A program made the position numbers and the translations under genes. Positions 1 to 14,900 of a DNA stretch of 64,000 bases are shown here, in pieces; the first letter of the stretch is position 1, and each line of letters starts with the position of its first letter. The notes under the pieces were generated by a model. It saw only the letters and a list, made by a program, of their open reading frames with translations. It did not search any database and was not told the DNA's origin. Origin of the DNA: Tubiluchus corallicola (Eukaryota > Animalia > Priapulida); assembly GCA_030141605.1 (NCBI GenBank), contig JAQGDQ010000025.1, forward strand, positions 788,907-852,906, in the 5' to 3' direction.

Positions 1-723
1 TATCCTATTTTGCTTCCTGCGTTTTTCTCTAAGCCTTAAACTGAAATGTTTGTTAAACATTTTAAAATCGGGCCGGGAAAAACTGACGCAAGTATAGATA
101 ACGGATGAAAGATATACAGACATGCAGCGCGCTGAACCAGCATAAACTTCTTTCACCGACGAGAAGAAGTTAAACTTTCAGCGTTTTATCTCCACAGGAT
201 TGGGTTTAGGGTTTTGTAATTAGAAAAACTTCCTCCGCATGCACAGAGACAGGCTCTGATAAAATGCCACCATGCACCGGCTAAAGTAAACACACTCACA
301 TAAAAAACAACACGCGATAGATGTGAAATAACTAACTCCAATGTTTTTAAGATGTTGGAACGTTTACCTTCTGTAAACACAGCAGATTTGTAATCTGGAT
401 TATTATACCAATGTCTTTTTTGATGCAGTACCGAGTAAAAGACTAAAACTAATGTGCAATTAGGCTTATATTATTAAATAGAGTATAATACTAATATTTC
501 GCTTTGATTAAGTGACTGATTAAACATAAATTTATCACAGGTCAACTTTCCAATAGTCAATTGCACGTATAATAATTATTCTGTATGTATTTTGTTTGGC
601 ATTGACTGACTGGCTAAATGAGTAAACGACTGAAAAACTGATTGTTTAGAAACTGTATTACTTACTAGCTGACTAATTTACTGGTGGGAGGGTGAATGGT
701 AATTGGGCAATTTGTTGAGTGGC

Positions 724-780
724 TGAATGAATGAATGAATGAATGAATGAATGAATGAACGAACGAACAAATGAACGATT
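724..780. repeat. (TGAA)n/(CGAA)n microsatellite
   Basis: Run tgaatgaatgaa...gaacgaacgaac seen directly. Confidence 0.9.
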
Positions 781-1167
781 AATACAAATCAGCAAGCCAA
801 CAAATGAACAACAGAAAATAAAAGCGAAAACACCACTCAGTTAGCGAAAACCAAACAAATCAGTCGAACTAGCTCTTCAGTGAATGGATGAATAAATATT
901 CATTGTAATTTTAGTAATTTTTGAATGCACTAAAACTGAAAATAAAGCACGACGGTTACATGTTGCTGATGTTGCACATTGCTGTGATTTACGACACAAA
1001 TTTGAGTGGTTCACTGGCCGTGAATGCAGTTCAGCAAAGGGATTTTGTGCCTGAATATGAGCTGCCAGTTCGTTACATTTGATTCGTCTGTAAAATCTCT
1101 AAATTAAATTTAAAAATGTAAATTCAAACCGAACACTAGTAGCAAATGTGATTTTTTTTTGCTTCAG

Positions 1168-4100
1168 GAAGTGCCAGCGAGGCAGCTATGGAAACTCTGA
1201 AAAGACAAACTGGAATGCCAGACGAAGTTTGCTTGTGTTACAGTGGTATACCTGGTGCTGTTTACGGAGTTTGCGCAAGATCAAACATAGCTATGGGTAA
1301 GCTCGAAAGATGAGCGCATTCTTATATAGTGATTTTCATTTACCTTTGCTGGCCGATATGTAGTCCGTTTCAGCAGATTTCATAAGCTGTGCCTCTACCG
1401 ATTTTGATTCGTTTGTTTCTCCAAGAATATTACAATTTATTGCATTCGCTCAATAAAAAGGAAATCCCATAATGGTGTCCAGTAATTGTAGAAGAACTTG
1501 GTGAAAATCTCTGTATGCAACTTAGCAAAAGACACTTGACAATAACACAAATGAATTTTTAGTGACAAGAATAGTGAAATGAATTAGAAAATTAAAAAAA
1601 TCCCGCAATTAAAAACCAAGGAAGAAAACAAAAAGCGCAACATTTCAAAGTACCACTGTACATTATCTTCGTGTGAAAAAAAGCAAAAAACGTCACATGG
1701 AATTACTTGTGCTAATTTTTAGGATGTTTTTACTCGTGCTTTTTATTTCCTGTGCTTCTGTGATTTTTTTCGACGTGCGTGTTTGTGTCATTGTTAGCGT
1801 GATAATTTTATGTGTTAATAATCAAATTTTATGGTACAACCAAAGTTGGGAAGTTGGCGCAGTCACCCGAATGCGAATTCATCTATTTGTGCATGAAGCA
1901 CAAAAATAATTTAATTAATTTACCTTGGGAAACGTGCGCTTGACAAAGTCAAGGGTCTCTGGTGCCCTTGCGACCTTCTCCTTCCCCTTGATCAAAATAA
2001 AATACGTGATAAAGTTTGCCCCTAGGACGTAAATTTTCGCGAAATTCCTCACGGTCTTTGGCTACGACAGATGTTACTATTGCTCACACGGGTCGCTGAG
2101 TTCTTGGCAATTGTAAATAATGTAGTATATGAGGTTTTTATGGGTTTCTATTGCTGTTTATAGGAACGTGGATGGGGCCGTACGAAGGCAGATACGTGGC
2201 ATTAACGGAGTATGGTGGCGAGGTTGATACAACAGCCCTGTGGGAGGTAGTACAATTATATGCCAAGAATATTTTTAAAGAAAAAATATGTTCTATTACC
2301 ATGAAAATACAGATCATTTTTGTAGCGTTGAAACTGATGCTCCTGTCAAGCGAATGATCTTGTTGGTGTGATGTCTGGCTGCATTATTATGTTTAGTTGG
2401 AGTATGGCAATCTCAGGCTGCAGTCAGTTAGTCAGTCAGTCAGTCAGTAAATTTAAGTAAGTATGTTAACAGTAGGCAGTAAGTTAGTGAGTCACACACT
2501 CAGTCAGTTAGTTAATTAATAAGCAAGTTAGTGAATCAGTAATCAGTCTGTTAGTGAGCCAGTCACTTAGTTAGTCAGTCAGTTCATTTTAGTATCAGTC
2601 CTTTGGTCAGATGGTTGGTCAATAAAAAGTCAGTAATTAGTCAGTAAAGCAGTCTATCGCCAAAGTGTGGTTGGTCAGTAAGTCGGTTAGCGAATCAATC
2701 AGTCAGTCGTCCTTGGCCTCTTTACTCATTGGCCTATCGTTTGGTTGCCGATCGGTCGGCATATCAGTCGTTAAAAGTCATTGAACTTCTTGTTATTGCC
2801 GTTGAAGACTATATTGTTCAATGAGTTGATGGGTTGATCAATTAGTCAGTTGATCGGCCAGTCACACATTCATCCTGAGCTGGGAATACAGTGGATGAGC
2901 ACCTGATCAATTAGTTTCTTGGCGAAATATTACCAGTAACAACAATCTCTGTTTTAAATGTGGTAGAGTCACGAAATTTTTTAGATTTAAGATGAACGCT
3001 GAACAGAGCCTTCAATGGCTTCAGTAGCTTTGTAAATGAATTCCTAATACTGGATGTGTTTACCCCGTCTGTCTTTGCGTGAGTAATTAATGAGATTCTA
3101 CTCGGGGGCAATTAAAATTGATAGGCTATATAAGAATCTGAGAGTTGTCATGCAGATTTCATGATAAATCGTTTGCTTCTTTCGTTTCCAATTCAGTGTT
3201 GATGTTAAGTAAACGTAGTTGGACTCATTCCAAAAATGGACCCAAGTGTTCAGTCCTGTCGATGTCATCGACGATGCGTTGCCATTGTCGTTGTTGGGAA
3301 TACCATCAAAAATTGCCGTAGGTGCGGGCTATCTTGTTCAATTTTCTGCAGGAAAGGGTCCAATTTATTGAAGATTCTTACCACGTCTACGTCTTGTAAC
3401 ACTACGTGGACGACGCGCATATGTGATAGTTCTTGGGACCTCGGCGCCCTCAAACTCGAACGTTCGACCACGTAGTGTTTCGCTAACTCTGCATTATAAA
3501 AATTAATGATACGTTTTGTTTGGTTTATTATTTTGACTTTGGAAGGCAAGTATTGTTATTTCTGATCTGATGAACACGCTTTTACACTTAGCAATACCAC
3601 CCAATGGTAAGGTTATTAATTTAAAAAAAAGTAAAAAATGTTCTTTTGACCAATGGTCTAAAAATACTAATGGAGACGCCGGTGTCCTATTTTTAGTTGA
3701 CTATAAATCTTATTGGGATAACATAAACCATGTCTGATGGTCATATGAACGCCTAAAATATTAAGTAAATGAATAACTTGAACTGCTGGTCTAGTCTTTT
3801 TATTTTGAAACGTCTTTAGTCTTTTAGCTACACCCACAAACCCAAAACTTTGAAAAAACTGTCCATTATCCAATGCACAGTTTGTTTACCCTACTGTTCA
3901 CCATGTAAAATAACAAAACTAAGCGAGTAGATCAAGTTAGTCATTTATTTATTACGTTACCTGGCTGCAAATTATCTACATGAACTGAAATATTAAGTTA
4001 TTATCATTGCAGATTTACGATAAAAATCAAGTGAGTCACTTTATTGAAGGCTGCACGTGGATGAAATACGTGCAGAGTGCCAGGTACTGGCAAGAACAAA

Positions 4101-5906
4101 ACATGGCGGCGGTGCAGCACTCTGGCATGGTTTACTACAGGGTGACCCGTGAACTTCTCCCCGGAGAAGAGCTGTTAGTTTATTACGGAGATGCCTACGC
4201 CCACTTCATGGGCATCCCAATAACTTTAAAACAAGTTGCCATAGAAGGTAATTCATATTACAGAAATATAGTTATTCCATCTGTGTATCTATCTCTGTGT
4301 TTGTTTAAACAAGTCTGGCCACTCATAATTGTTGAGCTGGAGTGGGTGACTCACGGTCAGAGGTCAATTTTCTCTCATACCTCCAATACCGGTATAGTGA
4401 GTGCCTAATCAAATTGACGCAACTCACTGCCAAGACAGAGTTGCAAAATAATCTTGAGATTTTAAAAACGTTAATCTTTATTTTTGGTTAATCGCGCAAA
4501 ATTATATTAATGTACGGTATAGAAAATCTGGAATTTTCGTATCTCTCAGGTTGTATGTTAAAAGAGGAATTAAAGCTTTCAATTTTATGTCGAAATTGTT
4601 GTTCGTTAAACAAGAAAGAAGTCATTGGGCTGTTAAATTTCGTGAGAACTCCTCGCGAAAATGGAATATGCAGTATTTCTACCTCGTGGGCAGGACGCAT
4701 AGCTTCTAGCTGGCGGCAGAATTCCTCACGAGGAATTCCACAACGAAAATTTCTCATGAGGCGTCCGTGTGAAATACGCCATCAAAAGCACTGTGCTCCA
4801 TTTTAACGAGAAATGGTGCAAGGACTTTTTCCTTGAGGAATTCTTCCTTGCGTCCTCACTGTGAAATGGGCCTGGTATCACCGAAGGATTCTTTTCGCTA
4901 TATAGATTTTTGATATCTTTTTTCTCACGACATCAACGTTTAACGTACCTACAACCTGGATTATTTTACATCACCTAATTTTTTACCTAGATTTTCGTTG
5001 TCGGTATCATTATCAGAATTTTCAGGATGCAAAATTTTCTGTGTCTAGATTTTCATGGGAATGGAATTAGCAATTCCTTGACAGCGACCCAGCAGGAACC
5101 CTCAGTGGTTCAACCACCAGCACCAAACAGCGTGAATTACAGCATTTCCTCGCTTGTCCACGACCAGCCGACAAACGATACGATAAAATTACGCAGCCGC
5201 ACCGCGCTGCCGTACCGCCTGGGTGCTGGACACCCGAGTCCTGGACATCATGGTCCGAACGGCGCTTTAAACAAGGTAAAATTGGGCCGAGACGACCGAG
5301 GTCCAGCTGGAGGAAATTCCAGCGATTGGCACCTGTGGAAGTGTGGTCAATGTTTCAAGACCTTCACACAGAGAATTCTTTTACAGATGCACGTTTGCTC
5401 GCAGAATCCGGATAGGCCTTATCAGGTAAAGCGTGTACATGTTGTATTTTTAAATGTTCTCGTGGAAATTTTCCATAATCACTTTATAGAAAAAAGTGAT
5501 TTTAAGCCTAAACTTGTTACGATGGCAATTTCATAACACAAAGTTTTCATTTTCAAACGTCGGTGTCTCCCAGCTGTATTTTGATCGTCATCATCGTTGT
5601 CACAATTGTCATAACCATTATAATCGTCATCGTCATTCCATCGTGATCATGATGGTTATTATTATGATCATCACCAGCGCCACCACCACCACTACCATTA
5701 CCACCGCCACACCACCACTACTACCACCACCACCACAACAACCACCATCACCATCACCACCACCACCACCAAAACCACCATCACCGTCACCATCACCACC
5801 ACCACCAACACTACCGCCACCACCAGCACCACCACTACCACCGCCACCAATACCACCGCTGCCACTGCCACCGCCGTGGCTGACACCACTGCCCTCATCA
5901 TCATCG

Positions 5907-5950
<44 letters not shown>

Positions 5951-8900
5951 GTCGTCGTCGTCGTCATCATCATTGTCACCGTCGCATTTGTGAAATTTTC
6001 GTCATTGTCAGCAGTTGCACATAATGATTTTCAATAATAAAAGCATCAATAGCACATATAAGTAGCTTCAAGTAGCTTCTGTTTTATACCACGGATTGAG
6101 CTACGCCACGCCCCCACCTGGTGGGATTAACTGATACGGCCAAATAATGCAGCAAAGCTGTGCGTAGTACGCAAAGCAGAAATGAAGATAAACCCGGGAG
6201 ATAACGTGAATATTTCTGTCTACCTCGCTTGAATGGCTTCAAGAAACTTAACAGTATAGTAAATGATTTTTTACCCGCTGACACACCGCTCGAGTTACGC
6301 GCCTGGAATGTACAAGATGAAAATTTGACATGCGCGTTTCGGGGCGGACATACGACAAGTAAGGGCCCTCAAGACCTTTTGAATTTACCTCGCAAGTGAC
6401 AGTCCATAAGATGTTTAATTAGTCGAACGATTCGCACTTTTCATGATATAAAGTTTGTGAGAAATCGTTCTCCACGTGACCGGAACGGGCACTGTATATC
6501 GTTCCAATAAGGTTTTGCATCCAGTTTTGGCGCCCATTCGGCTTGTCCTGTTTCTTTCCCCGTCCAGAAAACGCCGAGCGAAATAAACACCGGCAAAGCA
6601 TTGGTTTAATTCGGGAATAACAGACATGTGGTGGCGTGTATATGAACTGTTACCGTACTTTGTATGAAACATCCACTTAGAGCCTAATTGCTTGCGGTGT
6701 GGTATCAAGTTGTTCGACGGACCACTTCAGGAAGTCTCCAATCGTTTGTAGTATTTTTCTGAAGCAGTAGTAGGTAATTAGCTGTTGCGAGTGACAGAGT
6801 TATCACAAAAATTAGGCCCTCGGTCAGTAGTGATACTGGCGTAATTGCAAGTCAGCTAGAATTTCCACTTGATGATGGATCTGTGTTAGAATGTTTGATG
6901 GATCTGTGTTAGAATTGTATATCACTTGTTTTTGTTTTGTTTTGCATTGTAGAATTTATGATTTATGTTGACTTTTGTTTTGTTTTACATTTATGCATGT
7001 TTTTGATTTGACATTTTTCTTTAGATTCACTACGTATATAACGTAAAATTACACACTCGTTTGCTGATCCAACCAATTTCACTAATTATAAGGGTGCTTG
7101 ATTTAGAGAATTATTCAGTTTTTCGCCACCCTTCCCTTGAATCGTATTTTTTTAAATTTAGTAACTTCTATAAATTTGATGTGTAGAAAAGGGAAAATAA
7201 AATGAATCTGACTCTGGTTCTGAATGTAGTAGAGAACTGACAATCCAATATTAAGCTGGTCAACGGACGTATCATTATTTGGCCGTATCAGTTATTCCCA
7301 TCAGGTAGGGGCGTGGCGTGGCTTCAATCAGTGGTATATAACAGAAGTTTGTAATATTGTGATACAGGTGCTGGTACTCGATTGTCAAACTGATTGCCAA
7401 AATGCTGTTTATTAAACTAAATCACAGAATCACAAACAGACAAACATTATTTTGAATACAAAAAAAACGATTAACTTACCAATGGTATGGCTCAAATACG
7501 GAATACACAACACAAAAAACGTTCGGATCAAATATATAATAAATTTAAAACACCTAATCCTATTTATAGTATTTCTGTAATTCTATTGACCACATCCATC
7601 AAAAATCTTTTAGTCAACATATCTTTCATTTCAGTGTCATCTACGTTACACATTATAGTGCAAAATTATACCGTTTCTACATTGCTTCTAACTGTAGATA
7701 TATCATAAATATACTTAATCATAATGGTTTTAACCTCACTGTCATTTGTATTATTCGAAACACAAATTTCTCATTTTCACACATATTAAAAAGCGCATAT
7801 ATATATATATGTTATATCTGAATAGAATATAGGTTTTAATGAGTGATCTGTTAAATCTTAAAGCAAAACTGGATCCAACCTTAAACTGTAGGTAAAAACA
7901 ATCTGCTCTTTAAAATATTGAAAGGAAATATACTAGCTTCTGTCTTTTCAAAAATGACTTACGTGAAATAATTATTACCACACAAACACAATTTCGCGTT
8001 CGCGTCACTAGTTCTTCGCTGTTACATGCATTTCGCCATTCTCTAGTTAGACGGGCATTAGCGCCTGCATTTCGGAAACGCATTGTACTAAAACAGAAAC
8101 GTTTTGCATAAAAAACAACTGCGGGACCTCTCAGTTCAGCTGTGTTAGTTTGTGACGAACTGCACACGTTCGACAGCTTATGTACGAGCACAGCGGTAAA
8201 TTTGACATTTGAATTTTTATCTTAAAACTTGCTTAGTTTTAGTACAACACACTGAATATGTTACAGTAGTGCTGTAATTAAATTTTCGCTTTTGCAAACA
8301 CGTGCAACACGCTCGTGGAATATTTTTGCTGCTGAAAATTATGTTAGTTGTGATGTCATCAATGGTTAAGCTCGACCCCGTTAATTAGGATCTTAATCTG
8401 TTATCTAATTATCAGAAAAACTTTTGCAGTATCAATTGTGTTAAAATGTATACTTTTTATCCGACTCGAAAATGGGATGGTATATGAAAAATCTACCTTT
8501 AAGTCTTCCTTTAAGCTAATACGAAATTTACCTTCTACAAAATTTACAAAGTGAATTCAAGATCGCTGTGAACGTCTTCTCACTTCAATTTTCCCAATTC
8601 CCTGAACATCGTCATTATAAATTTCAGTAAAAAGATAGTGTTCGTGCCATTTCTTCAATGTCTTTGTAATTGTGTGTAGTAATCGCTTACATCAGCGAAA
8701 AATAATGCTGACAGAGACGCATTATCTGAATTTTAAATCCAACGCCAACATCACTAGATTGGTCAGCCATAGGCGTAGGGGCCGATTGTTCCAGGGGAGG
8801 CTGAGCCACCGGAAAAATTCAGGATCAACTTCGAGTCGGAAAATGCATCACCCAACCCATGATAAAAATGCCCGGATTTCGGTCACTTCATTTGGCGCCA

Positions 8901-11900
8901 TGGAGAAACTTCGAGATTTCCTTATTTTATTTTTTCCATCATTTGGCCTTTGCCCGAAAAATTTGGTAATTGTACAAAAAAATGTGATTGCCCGAATCCG
9001 GGGGAGGGGGAGGGACTCAGCCCCAGTGATTATGGTAGGTGCTAATTCAATTTTTATAACTTACTAACCAATTTACCAGTACTTCCAAGTGTTAGTTTAC
9101 TATAGTTTAATAGTTTACTATAATTATTATATAGTTTAATTTCTTTTGGCTAATTCAGGACGTGAAGCTCTCTGTAGGTAATTATAGCTAAAAATTCACA
9201 AATTTAAATTCAACATTATTTGTTAGTGACTAAATTGACCTACAAACAAGCCAGACAAGTTTGAAAGGAAGAAATGAGAAAAAATCGGGTTAAGCTTGGG
9301 TTTGAACCTGCGTATCAACTATACTCAGACCCAGTGATTACGGCAGGTTTTAATTCAATATTTTGTAGCTAATTAATTAGTAATTACAGTCAAGTAATTA
9401 CTTCGAACTTACACTTGGAAATCCTGAGTTGGTTGAGGGCTAAATGGGACTGTGGGTTTAGTTTAAAATTCGCCTGTTTGGACGGGCAAATTACATGCAA
9501 ATTAATCATCGTTCAAACTTAGATTTGCTTCTAAGCTTTACCGAATTAAAACCAATCAATATAAAGATAATAATTTGAAAATAACCATTTAGCACATGTT
9601 GAACAATCGTTCGAAGTAAATAGTACAAATAACAGTAATAATAACAATAATAGTAAAGAAATTTACAGAACAACTACGCTATGTAATAGATACATTTTCA
9701 AGATGCAAAGCTGTAATAATTTTATTGATGAAATCAAACGAAATTTTTTCTCTGTTTCTCTATTTCAGGAAAGAATACATCTATAAAAATATAATAAACA
9801 TAAGTAGAGTAGTAAATGTGTTAATAAAGTAAATATAAAGTCAACGAGATAGAGCAGCGAATTGACTAGAAAAGCATCAAGTCAGCCTTCATTTGGCAAT
9901 TAAATAGGTAACTTGGACACTGGTTGACATGGCAGATTAAAAAATGATGTAATGTTGTCTGGTAAGCAATTGTAGATAATTATCATCTATATACATAATT
10001 ATCGTCCGTATAAATTTGATATATTTATACCAAATTTAGTTATATGTTATCAAGTTAATTTCCATCAAAATTAAATATAATAAGTGGAGCATATTTAAAA
10101 CGTAAAATCTTGCAATTTTATCCAAAAAAGTAAAATTTCGGAAGGTTTAGTTGAAACTCTAATAATTGCATAAAAATTGATTAAGCATTAAATTGATTGA
10201 TTAAAGACCACAGATTTTGGATTATCAGACTTTACACTCTTTTCAGTGCTACCTCAAGTGGTAGCCAAGGCTGAATTCCCGTACAAGTAGTTGTCGTTCC
10301 TCAGTGACCACGACCAGGCCCACTGAGAGATTGGCCTGAGGGGGCCCACAAGCCAAACAAGGAAAAAAACGAGGGTATACCACGAGCAAGGCAAACGGAA
10401 TAAGATGTGTGCTTGCCAACCCAAACCGTCCACAAGTCGGCGTAGTTAAAACTACTTTATTCTGCTTCAAAGTAAAATGCATCAAAAAAATCTGCCAAAT
10501 ATATATTTTGATTTTTATAAAAACAAACGCTAAATATATTGGACTTTATATTCTATCATCAAATCGTCCTTAAAATGTTTTAAAAATACTAAAAATACTG
10601 TTTTAAATTTTATAAGCCCTTACTTACTTTTCTGCTTAAAAATTGGTACTGCAATTGTCGACTTAGTTTGAGTATCATTATTTGACGAACTGGAGGAAGC
10701 GGGGACAAGTTTCCTTTTGCCCTGGGACCCAAAATTTCTCTTGGCGGCCATGACCACGACCTCCGATAATCTGTGATGTTGTAACAATTTTCTAGGTACT
10801 TTTTTATGAGATCATCCATTCGTAATCAAACAAGCCTGTCTGCTCACTGCTGATGCGTGACACTCCGTTTTTATTTTTCTGTGCGTGCTTATGACTTATT
10901 ATGACCTTTAACTTTTGACCTCAATTATGACCCGGTCAACACCTTATTCGAAATTGTTTGGTTTGACCAGACGGTTTAGTCTAGTGGTAACGCGTCTGCT
11001 TTCCGTCTGGGATGTCGGGAGTTCCATACTGCGGCCGGGTCATACCAAAGACTAAAAATGGCACCTGCCTGGCGCATGGTAAAAGCGGGGTAATAATAGT
11101 TTCTGTTATTCTTCTACGTGTATATCTCAGGGCGACCAGACATCTCGATCGGGCGATGAGGAAGGAACTGCCCACCCACTGGGTCTCAGCATTGGACCCC
11201 TCCACGGTGGGCTAACTACCCTACGTGACAGTAGCAGTTATCAGTTGCAGTAAATACAAATGATATTGTTAATTGCAATTGAGTGTGATATTAGTTGTGA
11301 TGCCCATTATTCTTTTATTGGCACTTTGCACTCAGCAGTTGAACCGTGAAGATATCTGTATCAGATCCAGTCTATTTTGTAAATCCACTATAAATAAATC
11401 AAGTTTAAACTAACTACATATTCTTCTAATGAAGTTAACGGATTTGCTCGTCATGCAGTTTCAGCTACGTATGGCGGTTGGTGACTTGGTGTCATTTCTA
11501 TTGAAGTTCTCGTAGGTAATGGTCGAACATAGCGGGTTTTACCGTCTAACAAACGACCATTCGTCGATTTTAGAGAGAAATTTTATTATCTGCGGCGCAT
11601 ACTTCGACAGTCATAGAGAATTTTCGTTGAACCCACATCAAACCTAAGCCAGTAAAACGTGCATTTGGACGGGCATAAGTGAGTCACTCGGAGAAGGCCC
11701 TCGGGTGACGGTTGAAACGCTTGCCGTCGTAAAAGTACACTTAGAAGAAGCTACAACTTCGAATCCAAGCTATTTTTACGAGGATATCAACACTTTGACT
11801 GCCCTTTCAAAGAAACTGAACACGAACCCGGTCTTTTGCTTTCCAAGTTGATGAGCACAAAAACTGTTTTATGCTGGCTTAACGAGCAGAAGAAAAATCT

Positions 11901-14900
11901 GTGATGTTTGCAGAAAAACAGAAAGTAACCCCATGTGAGACGGAAGCACTTCGTCAGCGTGTAGACGCGTGAAGCGTGCGGTGATTTATGGTCAGAATCC
12001 ATAAAACTTTTCTGACAGACAGATAATAAAAGAAAACGTAGCTATACACAAAAGAGTCATCAGTTTTTAGATAAGACACAATGCGAAAATGTGTTAGCTT
12101 AACAAGTTAACAACATTCTGTGCTTCTTGCCAGCAGACGGAAAATACATTAGTGCTCCAAGCGATGTTGTCATTCGGAAATAACGTGTTTTAATAATAAG
12201 AGAACCGCCACATAAGCATTAAGATTTAGTTTCCGTTATCAAACTCCTCTTGTTGTGTTGCCGCGATGGTGTGAAAGCCAACCTACATATTACATTATAA
12301 ATATTACATTTACTTTCCTCTTGATATTAATGGAAAACTCCAGCTTTTCAACCCGTTGCAACTCACTGACTTGAGAACTTGGCATTTTTACAGGCTTATA
12401 GTCAAAGAAAACTTGTTAGTACAAATTAAGCTATAATTCGCAAAAACTAATTTCCCTGGGCGTTCGTTGAGGACATTAGAACCTCAGTGATTACGAAACG
12501 TCACAACTGAAAATGTCCCCTCATACTATTTAATTTCGTATTTAGATAAAGAATTTTTGAGTATCATCATATTATTATGGTATGCTGAATAGAAGATTCC
12601 TGAATCTACTTCTGAACTAACTTTTTATGTTTTCACTTACGTCGAAGCGCAAGTCAGGATCTGTCTGTTCATTTATCTGGGTATCGTTTGGCATTTGCTT
12701 TTACACAGTTTCAACTCGCCCTGGCCTGAGGTAAGCATTGCATTTAAAGTTTACAGGCGTTAGTTCCGGTATCAGAAAGGTTTGGCTTGGCTGATGCTGC
12801 TATTACCAAACATGGTGAGGCCATTTGATGTACAACGCGACTTGAATATGAAGCCAAAATATCCCCGGAAAGTTAGAGCATACCTATCGAAGGTTAAACT
12901 TGGATATGGGAATGATGTCTTCTCAGTCTACCGAGTATTCTTAGTATAGTTGCAGTGTTTTTGCAGGCCTATTATATATATATCGGTAGACACAAATATC
13001 ACATTTTTTGCTTTAATATATCAACAATTCGTTTTTTTACACATTTACAGTGTGGACATTGCACAGCGGCATATGGGCACGCATCGGAGCTGCGAAATCA
13101 TGTGGTTACCCACACTAGCGAGAGGCCTTTTAGATGTGGATTCTGTGGGCGAGCATTTGCTGGTACCACAACGCTGAAAAATCACATGCGTACGCACACG
13201 GGAGAACGACCGTTTAAGTAAGTAGATTACAAGAGATGTAAACTACTAATGTGTTCAGTTCCAATCCCATTTAAATAATAAGAGATGCAGACTAGAATGT
13301 AAACTATTGTACAAATGGAGGTGGACGGATATTCAAAGTGTAGCCTATTCTTGATCTAGATATTTTTGTGATTAAATTTCTAAAATGCTTTTTTCTAGAA
13401 AGTAAGATAACTTTCCAAATACCACACCTGATCATAAAAATCTGGGCACCAGGTAAATTAGAGTTAATCTCCATGCACCTCATTCAGAAATAGGCACAAA
13501 ATTGTTTTAGTTGTTCTGAAGTACAGCTTATCTTTTTAGCGAATTCTTTTAAGGGGTAGAATCAGTCAGGGCGGACCTAAGATATTTTTAAATGAAATCT
13601 ACGCAATCCAGGATTTTATTTTTGGATTATATTACGTGAAATCTACATGATCCAGGATTTTATTTTTGGATTATATTACACGAAATCCACACAATCCAGG
13701 ATTTTATTTTCGGATTATGATACATGAAATTCATGTATCAATGTCGGTAAAAGACAAATGTCGGTAGATGAAGGTACTAATTTTAGCATATTATTATAAT
13801 ATATTATACATATGATTGCATATTAAGTGACGTTTTAAGAAGTTTGCGGGAGGAGCCGGACTTCTCTTAGGTGAGCTCTCCCAAAATCAGCTTTAGGACC
13901 ATAAACCACCTTCTCTCATTCTTTTTATTCTTGTTCGACATAGAGGGCGATCGGGCCTAAGTGTGTTCGATCGGGAGCCCGAGTTCAGTAAGTCATGAGT
14001 GCTTAGCGAGAATGTCCGCCTCCTGTCACCAAGCCAGCTGATAGATCGAAGGATTCAACCTGCAAGCAGTACGCTTAAATTTCAGTTCTCGGATGGTACG
14101 GGTTCTGAATTAGCTGGAACCATCCAGAGAGCAGTTGGTGTCCGGCAAAACAGCGGAGTGGGGTTGGAATTACAGTATATGGAATAACTGTGATGGAGAA
14201 GAAGATTAGGAACTTAGAGAAGATAGGATGGATGGATGATAGTCAAGCATGTTGCGTATTGATTAACAATATGCTCTTTGGTCTGTTTTTATTCACTATT
14301 CTTATATTGTTTGTTAAGCATGTTGACATTTTTTATATATCATTTACATTTTTCACAAATCATGTTGTTAAATTCCTTCTCTTATTATTTAGTAGATTTT
14401 ATCAATTTTGTTCGATATGCCTAAGACTATTCTAATTATCCTAGAGAGTTTAGCAAATTCTAGTAATAAAACTACTCAAAAGATTGTTAATAGATAGTCA
14501 AAGTCATCATTAAAGCACAGCAAAATGAACGAAAAATCCGTCGAAATCAATGTTGAAATTCAATGCTAAGTAAAATTTGCGGCTCTTTAAAGTGATTTTA
14601 TTTGAAATTAAAGCTACGTTTTATTCCATGAAACAACTCCATTGTCCTCTGTTTTTGAATATTATCTGAGCGTGTGAACCTGAAGGCAGAACTTGATAAA
14701 ATTATATTATTTGAAATTATTTACTGTTGAGTAATAAATGCTCAATATCCGTGGTTTAGCAGAAGACTAGGGGCTGAGGATTTGCTGTTCATATGTAACT
14801 TATACTACGATATTATTATTATAGTATATGATTGCACAACTTTGATAATACAGAGATTACTACCATTAATTTAATACTTAACGATTAAATTATTATCAGT

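Noticed and set aside
5496-5993. Pro/Ser-rich and Met/Val-rich ORFs
   Set aside because: Trinucleotide low-complexity tract in a PRDM6 intron. The fingers join correctly from 5425 to 13051 without it.
7855-8516. Kolobok-like element bounded by ttaaag..ctttaa
   Set aside because: The inverted match beyond the first few bases is too weak to support boundaries.
9022-9392. ~60-bp direct repeat (9022-9080 vs 9330-9390)
   Set aside because: A diverged local duplication with no LTR hallmarks or TSD; probably TE debris.
10966-11045. tRNA gene
   Set aside because: Has A/B-box-like motifs but no foldable cloverleaf, and continues into a SINE-type body.
13593-13730. CRISPR-like regularly spaced palindromic repeats
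   Set aside because: Units are contiguous 44-bp tandem copies with no unique spacers, in a eukaryotic intron with no cas genes: a minisatellite.
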